Origin: Octopus vulgaris | Taxonomy: Eukaryota | Length of the DNA: 64,000 bases | Reading direction: 5' to 3' | Assembly: GCA_951406725.2 (NCBI GenBank) | Contig: OX597819.1 | Span: 42,904,001 to 42,968,000, forward strand | In this document: in pieces, positions 14,049 through 27,641 of the stretch | Position numbering within the stretch: the first letter of the stretch is position 1 | Layout of the letters: each line of letters starts with the position of its first letter | Program-made: the position numbers and the translations under genes | The notes under the pieces: generated by a model | The model's input: only the letters and a program-made list of their open reading frames with translations | What the model was told of the DNA's origin: nothing | Database searches by the model: none

Positions 14049-15105
14049 CATACATACCACACCATCATTACTTTAACATCCACTTTTACATGCTTGCATG
14101 GGTCAGACTGAATTTTGTTGAGGTATATTTTCTACAGCTGTATGCTCTTCCTGTAGCTAACCTTCACCTGTTTCCAAGTAAGGTAATAATTCCCCATGAC
14201 CAGATGTTCTCACAGAATATGAATAAAGGACATCACATGATATGTAATGCATGCACACACACACGACAGGCTTCTTTCAGTTTCCATCTACCAAATCCAC
14301 TCACAAGTTGATCTGGGGCTATAGAAAAGGATACTTGTTCAAGATGCCAAACAGTGGGACTGACCCCCCACCACCACACTCCCACCACCAGATGGTTCTG
14401 GTGGGGAAGTGAACTTCTTACCATACAGCCATGCTTGCACCATTATTTATATCTAAGAGGGGGTAGGAGAAATATAATGCTTATGTGTTTCAACTGATTT
14501 TGAAAATATTAAAAAATTTGCAGGGATTTTGGAATGCAAATATGTGATTGAATCCTATTGGTGGGTCTTTTGCTATTTTCTGCCTTAAATTAGTGTTTTT
14601 CAATATCTCATATCATTTTTCATATTAAATTCTTAGCCATTAACTTGACATTATTAAGTTGATGTTTTTAGCAAGACTTTAAAAGGTTCTTACATAGAAC
14701 TACAGATCAAAGGCTTCAATGAGAACATGAACACTTCAAATTTAGAGGTTCTTTATTAGAACCAGAGGCATTTTCATGTGGTTTGGTATAAAAAGAAATT
14801 TTAAAAAAGATTAAAAAGGGTACATTTGAAATACTTTTGGAAAAACTCACAAACAGGGGCATTCTTACACAAAACTCATTCAAATGGCTTGTCAATCTAA
14901 AACTATAGAGGGACAAATGCTTGTAGCCAATTCATAGATATGATGAGGGATCATTTGTAGACAAAAAATTAAAATTAGTGGTACCCTCAATATGCTAATC
15001 GTAGCATTGATTTCTTTAAATACACCATGAGACGAGTGGGTGTTATTCCAAGACGAAAATTGGAGAAAAAAATGCAGGACTGGAAAATATTCTATTACAG
15101 GAAAA

Positions 15106-15141
<36 letters not shown>

Positions 15142-15507
15142 CACGAAGGGGGGGGGGGGCATGTAAAATAAAACAATTTTTGAAATTTACTCTTGTTTTG
15201 TTGAAGAACAAAGAGCTAATTGTGGATATATTGAAAGAAATGTGGTGGGAGGTATGATGAGTAGCGGGGTGGAAATGTGAGGCATTAGTACTTCTGAAAG
15301 AGTGCTGGTAAAAATTATGAAAACTGACATGTTAAGTTAGAGCAGATTAAATTTTATGTGATGTCAGCTGCTGAAAGCCATATTACAGCACAGTTGTGTT
15401 TCAGAAACTAGGCTTTTGAAGTGATTTTAGCTTGAATTACCATGACAGCTATGTGAAGACATATTACTGCTTTCACCTCCTGCTAGCTCTCTCTCTCTTT
15501 CTCCTGC

Positions 15508-15545
<38 letters not shown>

Positions 15546-16004
15546 GTTATACAACTCAAATTTTTGCCTTAGGCAAGTTTTTAACTAACAAATAATTAGC
15601 AATATCTAAAATAATTGTTCATTATTGACAAGAAAGACGACAATTCTAGCTAGCCCTGCAAGTGAATAAGGTCTGATATGGTTTGTAAAGTAAACTAAAT
15701 AAATAAAACTAAGAATTAAAAAAACAAATATTAAAAAAATAAAACCATTTTTCAACTCGCTTTGTGTACTTTAAAAAAAGGAGCTAGAGCAATGCATAAT
15801 TAGTAGAGGGGGAAGAAATTCATTGATAGCAATCACAAAACTGCATTTAGTACAGGTATGGTGACACTGCAAACATAATGGAGGAGGAAGAGGAGGTAAA
15901 CTGCTGACAAATGTAAGTATTACGACAGGGTTTCAATTCCCAGTTGTAATTATTCTGCTTTGCTTTTTGCTGCTAAATACTTTTTAGAAAGGCATGTATG
16001 TATA

Positions 16005-16133
16005 AGCGCAAGAGTGGCTGTGTGGTAAGTAGCTTGTTTACCAACCACATGGTTCCAGGTTCACTCCCACTGCGTGGCACCTTGGGCAAGTATCTTTTAC
16101 TATAGCCTCAAGCTGACCAAAGCATATATACAT

Positions 16134-16196
<63 letters not shown>

Positions 16197-16654
16197 CATA
16201 TATATCATCATCATCATCATCGTTTAACGTCCGTTTTCCATGCTAGCATGGGTTGGACGGTTCAACTGGGGTCTGGGAAGCCAGAAGGCTGCGCCAGGCC
16301 CAGTCTGATCTGGAAGTGTTTCTACAGCTGGATGCCCTTCCTAACGCCAACCACTCCGTGAGTGTAGTGGGTGCTTTTTACGTGCCACCTACCCAGGTGC
16401 CAGACGAGGCTGGCAAACGGCCACGATTGGATGGTGCTTTTTACGTGCCACCGGCACGGGGGGCGTGTGTGTATCTGTTTGTCGCCCCCAACATCGCTTG
16501 ACAACCGATGCTGGTGTGTTTATGTCCCCGTAACTTAGCGGTTCGGCAAAAGATTCCAATAGAATAAGTCCTGAGGTCGATTTGCTCGACCAAAGGCGAT
16601 GCTCCGGCATGGCTGCAATCAAATGACTGAAACAAGTAAAAGAGAAAAAAGAGA
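16005..16654 (+). mobile_element. SINE family A interrupted by an antisense family C element (16206-16462) in its central microsatellite
   Basis: A head (16005-16122), then (TA)n, (CAT)n tail and C body, then the A 3' half ending gactgaaacaagtaaaagag. Confidence 0.88.
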
Positions 16655-17044
16655 GTATGTCACAACTTTTAAAGCCCTTCTACTACCACATAACTACGTT
16701 TTTCTATACATTATTAAGCCTGATCTCTCTCACTGATGGTTTGTGAGATCCAAGAAACTGACTTCTTTGAGTTTGTGAATGGGATACAGAAATGTCCTTA
16801 AGGTGCAAGTAAAACATTCAGGAATAAAATCTGTTTTTATCTGTTTTATTTTGTTTTTAATACAAAGGTGGTTCAGTGGGTGGGGGTAAGTTTGATTTCA
16901 TCACAATAGTATTATTGGTATTTATTTCACTGGCTCAAGAAAATAGCCTCATTCCACCAGACTAATTACTTTATGATCAAGAGTGGCTTTTCTTCCAAAA
17001 TGAATAGAAAAAAAAATATTCTTATCTGACCCTAACCACTGATA

Positions 17045-17240
17045 TTGTTCAGCCCCAGGTCAGCCTTTTTTGGAGCAGAGCTATGATCAAAGGCATTCCA
17101 GTCACAACCAACCCATTTTTATCAGTCATCAAATAGATACTTTATTCAACAAGCACTTTCATTTTTATTTTTAAGATAGCAATGTGTGATTTGAAGGAAA
17201 ATTTGGCTATGATTTCTAGAAAGTCAAGTGATCAAATGCA
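17045..17240. mobile_element. Dispersed repeat family G (SINE-like, diverged)
   Basis: Blocks gagcagagctatgatcaaaggcattccag and gtgtgatttgaaggaaaatttggct..atttctag recur at about 2830-3060, 18250-18550, 26560-26710, 29630-29840, 31540-31730, 60110-60300 and 60550-60650. Confidence 0.7.
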
Positions 17241-19828
17241 CAGAGTAGTGCTCTAGACCTTTTGTAGCCTGGTGACCCCTTTCATTGAATGGCTTTTACA
17301 AATGCTTTTCTGCATATTTTGCAGGAAGGGAGGGGAGAAAATAATTCACCTTTTCATACACTATCCCATCTTTTTAGATGCACCTCTTTTTAGATATTTG
17401 TGAGAACTAGTTCACTTTATGTTGAATTTTTATAGAAGATTACTTACGAATAATGAAATAACATTGGGCCTAGTTGTATCGATAGTCATGTTTCTCACAT
17501 TACAATTTGAAAATGTGTTTAAGAAATCGCTATTGTACATAATTTAAATATTCTATTTCAGAGGAAAATCATGACCCTCCCGCCAATCTAAAGAGTCAGC
17601 ACCTCTCTAGTGCTTCTTCAACACCTGCAGTCCTCCTGCAAGCTCAAACACTTTCAAAGGTGGGTGCTATTTACCTGGGTGAAGTTGCAGAGCATAGAGG
17701 TTTATTTCTTGACCAAAACAAAAAAATGTTTTTAGTAATGATGACCGACTGTTAAACTGAGAGGGAGAGAGGCGAGAGAGTGAGTGGGTGGGTGATACAG
17801 AGGAAAACACAGACAAGGAAAACAACATAATAAAAAAAGAACGATATTATTATAGAAGTTATTACTATTAATTTTTTTTGTATTTAATTGGAGCGTACCA
17901 TAACTATAATTTGAAAATAAATAAAATAAATAAAAGCAAACTATTTCAATTTTCAACACCAAACATATTTACTTGAACTGCAGTAAAATAAATAAAATCC
18001 ACCCCCCCCCCAATAAAAAAACAAATTAAAGCGTTTTAATAGCTCAGCCTTGTAGTTAGTAGCATTAGTTTGCAAACTGATTATATTTTAACAGCAAACT
18101 GTGAAATAACTACAACATTAAAATAAAGTCTATTTCTGTTTTGCTATTCACTTTGTATATAGGAAACCATTTAAATGTGATAACAGTTATCAGTCTTTAG
18201 TGAACAGTTATGTAATATTGGTGCTGCTCAGTCAAATGTTAGGAACTGATAGGGCAGACCTATGATCTTAGGTGCTTATATGATGACCGGTCTGCTGCTC
18301 TTCTCTCAAGACAATGGGTATCTAAGATTACATTAATTCAAAATGAATATTCTTAAACACTGTAGGAATGTGTTTTGAGGGAGATTTAGCAGGTATTTCA
18401 GCCCTGATATGGCACATTTATGATCAAAGATGTTCCAAAAATGACTATCTCATCTTAACCCACTCCCACCAACATAGTGAATCTCGGACTGAAGAGTGTG
18501 ATTTGAAAGAGATTTTGGCTGCTATTTCTAGCAGCTGAATCATCTGTACAGACCCTGCTTTATAACACAAACTCATTGTTTTAAAGTGACCTAAATCATA
18601 ATCGTCCATGAAAATTTTGCTAAGTCATGTTCCAAACACTAGCTTAATAATGACAGAAATTATTTCACTAAATTCATTATTTTAAAAATTAATTGCAACA
18701 AAAGGCAGTATATGTCAACAGAAATATGGTAATAAAAGGGTTAAGTACCAAAGTAGTCATGAGCAGATGTAGACACCCTCTTGGTCCTCTTACACCTTGA
18801 CCCAATGGAACAATAAGGATGTAACATCTGGAGGGAGAGAGAGGATTACACCAGTACCTCAGCTGAGAAGACTGTTAAATGAAGTGCCTTGCTCAAGGAC
18901 ACAGTGTGCTAATCAGTGTAGGAATTGAATCCACAACTTTATGATGATGAGCTCAACACTTCAGCCACTAGGTCTTGTGCCAAAAGATAAACAACATATA
19001 ATTAAGAAATTCTTAAAGGAGTGTAAACCACACTATCAGTAAAGAGAGTTTGTGAACCCAGTTCTGATTCCCTGTTTCATTTATTCTGTTATTCCATTAA
19101 CACTTGTGAGACAAGCATAAATATCATTGCTTCTGTTTCTCATTTCACAAATTACCCTCATGTTATTTCTTTTTTTGGAGGGAAATCATTATGATAAATG
19201 TTTGTTATCTGCTTACACATGCACACATCGGAGTAGAATTCCAAAAGTCATGCTATCATTTACATATACACACTAAATGGTAGTGTGACTTTTTGGGCCA
19301 CCATATACATACATGCATATACAAACACATACACACACGTGTATGTAGGGGGTATAAGACAATGAATTAAGAGTAAATGAGTCAGATTAATTTAAATCTC
19401 ATTGATCAGCAGGAGACAAACAAAAAAAAATTTAAGGTCAAGTTTTGTGACTTTTTCCCCCCTATACTAAAAAAGCAAGAATGTCATTTACCAAACCTTG
19501 CTCCAGAATCTAACCCTTTAATATAAACTGGGAGAATTTAATAAAAAAAATAGAATATCCCCTCCCCCACCAATCAAAAATAAAAGCAAAAAAAACCCTT
19601 GTAAAAAGGATGACACTGGATGAAAACAATAGGTTTTTAGATGGCTAGACCGACAGACAAACAGACAGACATGACTGATGAGACAGTAATATATCAAATA
19701 AGATGTGTAGAAAGATGCTGTATTGAAGACAGTTAATCCAAGTATGTAGAGAAATCAGAAATTTCACCCTTTCATATTCAGATTACTCTCTCATATGTAA
19801 AGCTTATTCATTCACATCGTTTTAAATT

Positions 19829-20002
19829 GCCATTTTTTAACATGTATAAGGAACCCTTTTTTGTCAAAATTAGGTTAAAAGAATATGGGAGTTTCTTATA
19901 CATGGATAGTATTATAACCCCTTGCAAAACCTTTTTTTCCAAATTTTAAGCCCCCCCCCCCCCCAAATTAGGAGGGAAGGTCCTTATGCATGTTAAAATG
20001 CA
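19829..20002. mobile_element. pogo/Tigger-like MITE, degraded
   Basis: Inverted ends cattttttaacatgtataaggaacc and ggtccttatgcatgttaaaatg. Confidence 0.5.
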
Positions 20003-20413
20003 GGTGGGGCCCAGTTAGAATTTTCTTCAGGTCAAATAGCCCATCCTGCTCAAAAGGTCAAGAATAAGAGTTATTTAAGGATGTTGAATGAAACACCCAT
20101 GTTTCCAGAGATGAATTATCCAAACCCCAAAGAATCCCTCTCAACACATGGCTATGATGTTCCCCCAATACTTCTGCTCATGGTTAGAGATGCACAAATT
20201 GTCAGCCACTAAGAGACATGGTCAACTGGTTACGGTCAAACAACTGACAAGCAAATCTATGGTATTGAGCAGAATATTTACTGTAGTCCATCTTTTATAT
20301 ACCAAGACAACACTTCCAGTCAGTTAAGATCGAAAGCCATGAGAACCACTGTTTGATACTGCATCAGGGAGTGGGGGTGATGGTGGTGGTGATTATTATT
20401 ATTATTATTATTA

Positions 20414-20629
20414 AAGCAGTGAGCTGGTAGAATCATTATCATGCCGGGCAAAATGTTTAGCAACATTTCGTTCCTCCTAACATTTTGAGTTCAAATTCCA
20501 CCAAGGTTGACTTTGCTTTTCATCCTTTCAGGATCATCAATAAATTAAATACCAGTGAAACACTGGGGTCAATGTAATCAACTAGTTCCCTCTCCCAAAA
20601 TTTCAGGCCTTGTACCTTTAATAGAAAGG

Positions 20630-20660
<31 letters not shown>

Positions 20661-20880
20661 AGGTGGTGAGCTGGCAGAACTGTTAGCATGCTGGGTAAAA
20701 TGCTTAGTGGCATTTCACCCATCTTTACATTCTGAGTTCAAATTCTGCCAAGGTTGACTTCGCCTTTCATCCTTTCGGGGTCAATAAATTAAGTACCAGT
20801 GAAACACTGGTGTTGATATAATCAACTAGTCCCCTTCCCTCAAATTTCAAGCCTTGTGCCTTTAGTAGAAAGGATTATTA
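20414..20880 (+). mobile_element. Two head-to-tail family B SINEs separated and flanked by (ATT)n
   Basis: Two units of about 215 nt (gagctgg.agaa ... agaaagg) at 20414-20629 and 20659-20875. Confidence 0.88.
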
Positions 20881-22509
20881 TTATTAATATTACCTTCACG
20901 GGGGTGGGGGGTATTAAACGGGGTCAAATGTATGCATTAACAGAGAAGGGAAGAAAGAGAGAGGGTAGTAGGAGAGCTAGAGAAAGAAAGAAAAAACAAG
21001 AGAGACAAATTGATTCACAAACCCCAACCCAGCATATTATCCTAGTAATTATTAACTAAAAGAAAAGTTAACAGGTCAGTAAGCAGGAGGGACCACCAAC
21101 ATAAGGAGCAGTAATTTCACCAAATTAGACTAATTCTGACCAGGCCATTATGCTAATGAGAGGATGGAGCCTATAGTTAGTGAACTGCTATAAGATGCAA
21201 AATACACATCAAACTATGTACAAACACACACACACACACACACAGTGCTGAGCATATCAACAGATAAATAAGACACCTCGTCAGAGTAAGTAGCTTAAGA
21301 CTATCTTGACTGACAGTAATTAGAACTCTTAAAGTAGCATTAAGAACAATAAGGTTAAAATAATTGGTTAAAAAAAAAAAATTACGAAAAGGTTTAGCCC
21401 GACCCCTACTAAAAAAAGGGGGGGGGTAAAACAAGAAGATAAAAAAAAAAAGAACCTCTCAGCCATTCTTATCATCTAAATGTCTAAAAAAAAAACTAAA
21501 TAGTCCAATATTGGTGGCGGTGGTGAGGTAAGTGGCTTGGAGGTGGTTTAACAATGAGTGCTAGAACAATTTCCATAGACACCTGAATTTGAAGGATGTG
21601 GACAGGTGCAGTGGAATGCCAGTGAAATTCTCTTTCTCTCACCTTAGACTTCACCTTAGCAAAGAACAAAGAAGAGGAAGAAAGACAATAGCAAGAAGAA
21701 GAAAAAACGACAAAAAAGTTTCTTTTTTTAAATAAAAATATTAAATAAAAAGAAACGAGAGGAGATAAATATAATGACTTTAAGTCATTGAATTACTGAC
21801 CTGAGGTAAGATGGTAATTAGTTTTTTGAGAACAGAGAGAGAAGGAGAGAGAGAGGGAGAGAGAGAGGGAAGAGGAAAGAAGAAAGTTAAATATATTTAT
21901 CTTTCACTTTTTGTTGTTCAAATAATGATGCCATCCGTTTGTTTTTAAATGTTAAGTGTGTACAAGGAACAAAAAGGAACAATGTGATTGCTAGATGTTA
22001 GCAGAGGTGATTTTTTTTCAATTTTGTAGCAACATTCTAGAGAGGGCCAATGTTTCATGCCAAAAAAAAAAAAAAAAGGTGGACATGTGTCATGCAAATC
22101 ATCATCGTCATCATCATCATCACCACCTTCATTTAACACCCCAAGTGAGATCATAGCCATGGCTGATGCCGGTGTTTCATAATTGGCACCGATACAGGTA
22201 GCACATAAAAAGCATCCACTAGACTCTCAGAGTGGTTGGCATTATTACGAAGGGCATCCAGCTGTAGAAATCATGCCAAATCAGACTGAAACCTGGTGCA
22301 GGCCCCCAGCTTACCAGTTTTCAGTCAACCTGGCCAACCCATGCCAGCATGGAAAATGGATGTTAAATGACGATGATGATAATGATGGTGATAATGATGA
22401 TGATTTCCATGCTGGCATAGGTTGGATAGTTTGACAGGAGTTGGCAAGCATAAAGACTGCACTAAGCTCCAGTGTGTCTGCTTTTGCATGGGTGCCCTTT
22501 CTTAATACC

Positions 22510-22648
22510 TATTTCTTTACTACCCACAAGGGGCTAGACACAGAAGGGACAAACAAGGACAGACAAACGGGTTAAGTCGATCATATCGACCCCAGTGCCT
22601 AACTGGTGCTTAATTTATCGACCCCGAAAGGATGAAAGGCAAAGTCAA
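22510..22648 (-). mobile_element. 5'-truncated family B SINE with TSD, inserted in a family C copy
   Basis: Direct repeat cctttcttaatacc at 22496-22509 and 22649-22662. Confidence 0.85.
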
Positions 22649-23616
22649 CCTTTCTTAATACCAGCCACCTTACAGACTAGTGTACTGGGTACGTTTTCTT
22701 TTTACATGTTACTGGCACTAGTGAAGGTACCAAGCAACTTACAAGACAAGGAACTTAACTGAAAAAGTGGGGGTAGAGTAGGAAATGAGTGGATAATTAA
22801 ATAACAATTGAAATACAAGAAAATAAATAAAACACTATCATGATTGTTTAACATGCAGAGTTAACAAAAGAAAAAAGTGGGGAGGGGCAAAAAAAACAAA
22901 CAAACATAATAGTTATACAGCTCTACTCTACTAAAAGTGAAGTTGTCTGCTAACAATGCTTATAATGTGGAAATGTATGAGAAGAGCAGTAAAATAAATT
23001 TTAGCATAAAAGGCTAGGAAGTGACCACACACCTCACCCTGATTTTTCCTCCCACTCAGACTTAATCGATAAAAAAAAATTATTTCTCGAATTTGGAAGG
23101 GGGGGGGGGTCACCGCCGCTGTCGCCAACTGCCACTATCACCAGACAGAAAAAAAATTAAGGTTTTCCTTTTTTTTTTTTTGGTTAGGCGTTTTTTTTTT
23201 TTTTCAGAGCCATGAATTTCTAGAGTACATTTGGAATTTAGTGTAATTTATTCATTTTCCTTCCAGTTCATTTTGTCAAAAATAAACAAATAAATGAAAT
23301 TTTTGTTTCTTCAAGAAATAGGTGAAATAAGAGAAAATTTAAAGCAATGTAGCTTTAAAATAGGCAACCGACATAATTTGTGTTTTCATTTCCATTTTTA
23401 ATTAGAAACATCAACAAAAGAGGATAAAAGAAAAAAAAATTAAATTAGTTCAGATCAACAGTTAATATTAAAAAAAAAAAAAAAGTTAAAATGATGTTAA
23501 AACATTTCTCAGTTGCATTCTTTAACCCCAATCAAAATTGTTTGCCTGCTAGAAATAATAGCCAAATCTCCCCTAAAATCACCTAGTCAATAATAATATA
23601 ATAATAATAATAATAA

Positions 23617-24062
23617 TGGTTTCAAATTTTGGCACAATGCCAGCAATTTCAGGGGATGGGGGTTAATCAATTACATTAATTCTAGTACTTGACTGGTACT
23701 TATTTTATAGACCACCAAAAAGATGAAAGGCTAAGTCAACCTTGACGGAATTTGAGTTAAGTATGTAAAGCAGACGAAACGTCACTTAACTATTTTGTCC
23801 AGAATGCTGCCAATTCTGCCAGCTACCGTCATATTAATAATAATAATAATAATAATTTCTACTATATGCACAAGGCCTGAAATTATGGGGGGGGGATAGT
23901 CGATTACATTAACCCCAGTACACAACTGGTATTTATTTTATCAACCCTGAAATGATGAAAGGCAAAATCAACCCCAGCGAAATTTGAACTCAGAATCGAG
24001 AGACGAAATACCACTAAGCCTTTTCACCTAGCATGCTAATATTTCTGCCAGCTCACCACCTT
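23617..24062 (-). mobile_element. Two head-to-tail family B SINEs embedded in (AAT)n
   Basis: Units at about 23617-23830 and 23857-24062, each bounded by (AAT)n. Confidence 0.85.
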
Positions 24063-24063
24063 C

Positions 24064-24108
<45 letters not shown>

Positions 24109-25758
24109 TCACATATGCTAACAAATTTGCTAATTTTCATTGGTAGCATGCAGTTTAAAGAACTAGGTCCATCTGGTTGTGACTGGTCATAGTTGGGTTC
24201 ATAAGAACGCCACCATACTCACTGGATGTGATATAGACAGTTTAATAAAGTGGTGAGGCAAGCTAGAAGCCAGCAGCTCCGTAACAAAAGAGTTAATAAA
24301 TTGTATTTCCTTGACACTTCATAACACCATCAAAGTAAATCTAATTTGTGACTTTCAAGTTGATTTATGAAAAATCAGTGCACACTTATTAGAGATATCC
24401 ATAACCAATAATGGATTGAACTTGGAGCAGACCATCTATCTTAATGCTGCTAACATACCAAATGTTGGCGATTATGAACGCCACTGTTGTCATCATCTTT
24501 ATTATTATTAAATTAGAAATTATTATTATTATTATTATTATTAGTAGTAGTAGTAGTAGCAGTATTATTATTGCTAAGAATTTGGGTACAAATGGTGGAA
24601 TAATGCACTAGGTGGTAAATGCTAACAACAGTTCAAAGCCTAATGTATTCTGAGGTTGAATCATGCTGAGACCAACAGCATTCCAGTCCTTTTGCCTAGT
24701 TTGCGGGAGGGGGTGACCCCCATCATTACTTCATCATCATTATGTAATAGTTATGGTAAACAGATTCATTCCAGCCATGTTGCCGTACTGGTACGTCATG
24801 CCTTCTTTCTGTGATAACCAGTTCTACTGCCAGAGTAAGCAAGGTCAGGGGTGTTGAGTTAAGAATGTTTTGTCTTTCATCAAATGCTGGCATGGGTGTA
24901 TGGTTTAAGAAGTTTATTTCATAACCACATAGTTTTGGATTTCATCCCTCCGCATGGCTCCTGGAGCAAGTATCTTCTATTATACCTCTTGAGGCTATTA
25001 CAGCCATATGAGTGACACTTCCTAGGCACAAACTGTATGGAGGTCTGTCACGGTGTGCGTGTGTGTGTGTGTGAAAATGCACATAGGTTCCTGCACGTTT
25101 TCATATTAACAGTGATGTTTAACTCACATCTCCTGTAAACAAAATGCCTTGTAGCTTGACAAGCTTGGCACATGAAAACTTAAGTATTAAAGATTTCCTT
25201 CCTTGAAAAACAAAGGTTGGAGACAGAAGAGCATCCAGCAGTAGACTACTGCTCCACTGAGCCTTTCTCCAACTCATAACCAAAATGGAATAAAGTGGAG
25301 ATGAAGAAGATGATGATGATGACGTCTTCAGAAGTACATTGAAAAATACCAATAAAATAATGAAACTAATACAGTAGACACAAACCCTAAGTACATAGCC
25401 AGAATGATCACTAATTTTGGGTTACGGAAGCTACCACATATGGAGAAGATGATCAATGCATTATATTTCAAATTTAATATGCACTTGCAATATCCTTTAC
25501 ATGGCTTTAACTTATAATACCATAAAGATGATTGGCCACATCAGTCATGGTGGAACATCTGTCTGCACTTGTATGCACTGCACAGAGCTGGGCAGTTCAT
25601 CATCATTTTTTCTTTAACTGGCACTTGCTCATGCAAGCAGCTTTCCTTTCTTCGAACCACTAATGTTATCCAAGGAAAAGACTACTGTCTTAGGGCTGAT
25701 ACAACATGTTGGAATACAAAGGGCCAGAAGAGATACTCTAAGGCATTGCATTTGAAAC

Positions 25759-25928
25759 TGTTATATCACAATACTACACAGTGGCTGTGTGTGCTACGAA
25801 ATCCTCGTCACCACTGTTATATCGCACGTTCCCATAACCTCTACTCAACTCCTCGACGTCTAGACTTCTCCCTGTATATCTACATATTGGGCTAGCCTAC
25901 GTCATCATCTGGGGGTGTCGACACAACA
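25759..25928 (-). mobile_element. Internally deleted Gypsy-like LTR element (short LTR, PBS, end of second LTR)
   Basis: Minus strand: TGTTGTGTC...GATATAACA (25928-25815), 1 nt, then TGGTGACGAGG (PBS-like), then a second ...GATATAACA ending at 25759. Flanks gaaac and gagac fit a 5-bp TSD with one mismatch. Confidence 0.55.
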
Positions 25929-25967
25929 GAGACTTTAACCATTCCATCAACCTACTAGTCTGGATTA

Positions 25968-26184
25968 TCTTTTACTTATTTTAGACATTAGACTGTGGCC
26001 ATGCTGGAGCACCACCTTGCAGAATTTTAGTCAAATTAATTGACCTCAGTATGTAATGTTTTGTTCGTTAAGCTTGGCACTTATTCTGTAGGTCTCTTTT
26101 TGCTGAACTGCTAAGCTATGGAGATGTAAACATACCAACACTAATCAAGTAGTGTTGGAGGAGAAACACAAAGGCACACATGCA

Positions 26185-26216
<32 letters not shown>

Positions 26217-26388
26217 CACACAATAAGCTTCTTTCAGCTTCTGTTTACCAAAGCCACTCACAAGGCTTTGGTGCAGGTCCAGCCCCAAGCTATAGAAGAA
26301 GACACTTGCCTAAGGTGCTACAGAGTGGGACTGAAAATAGAACCATGTAGATGGGAAGCAAACCTCTAAACACGGAGCCACACCCACA
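25968..26388 (-). mobile_element. SINE family A
   Basis: Diverged full-length copy. Another lies at about 30125-30468. Confidence 0.8.
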
Positions 26389-27609
26389 AGTCTCCACCCT
26401 GCCGATAAATATCAACTCCAAAGTGATGAGAGGTGCAGTTGCCCTCTGCTGGATTTGAACCCAGATCACAGAGAGCTGTATACTGCAAGACATTTTATGA
26501 TGTACTGACTCTGCCTTCAAGATAATTGACTGTTTTAAAGTATGATATTTGTGATATAAGAATTAGTTGCTAGAAATGATTTGAGTACGTCTTTGATCAA
26601 ACACCGTCCAGCTGTAACCATTCTGTCTTTCTCATGCATGTATTCTCCTCTTTTTGAAGATAGTAGTGAGGGATTTGAAAGAAACTTAGCTGCTATGTCA
26701 AGCAGGGCATGTGTCAGTGTTAGCGTAGGAGAAATCTTCTCACATTGGCTAACAGCACATTTGAATTGAAAGAAGGTGAAATATTCAGAAATTGCAACAT
26801 ATGCAAATATACAATGATAATAGAAGAAATTATGTTAATGATGCTGATGAAGGAGATGAGGATGGAGAAGAGTATCAATGAGCTAATTCTATAAGCAGTG
26901 CTCCACATCTCACCAAGACAAGCAAACCAACCAGCCTTTCTCTTGCTTTTTGTCCACATTGAGAGAGAGAGAGAGACAAGGTGGTGAATATGAACTGTGT
27001 TAACACCGGTCTAGTGGAAAGATAGCACAGGCCGATGGATTTGGTACGCATATGTAAGGAGTATTTTTATGTGTGTAGGAGAAAAGAGAAAAAAAATATA
27101 TTCTAAAGGCCATGACCAAAAAAAAAAAACTAAACAAAACAAAAAAACACTTGATTACCAATACTTGTAGATATGATTTCATGGAAAATAAACAAATAAA
27201 AATAATGGGGTGGATGGGTAGGAAAGAGTGAGAGAGATAGAGAGACAAAGAAGGAGGAGGTTTGTTTTTTTCCCCTCTTAACCTATAACATCATTGTATT
27301 TGTGTACAAACACATATTCTACACAAACACAAACACACAAGAGAATAGACGTAAGTATTGTCATACTTGTATAGTTTTAGTCTGAACTCTGTGTGAGAGA
27401 GAGAGAGAGATGGAGAGAGATATGGAGAGAGAGACACACACACACATGTATGTCTGCATACATTTATATATCATGTATATCCACATACATTTATATATCA
27501 TCAATGTGTATGCATTTTTATGCATGAGAGTGTGCATATATGCATGCGCATGCCCAGATATACATACATACCCACATGTGCATAAATAAGTTTATACACA
27601 TGTAGATAT

Positions 27610-27641
<32 letters not shown>

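Noticed and set aside
20400-20890. CRISPR-like repeat-spacer array
   Set aside because: Units are SINEs of about 215 nt joined by (ATT)n, in eukaryotic context with no cas genes.
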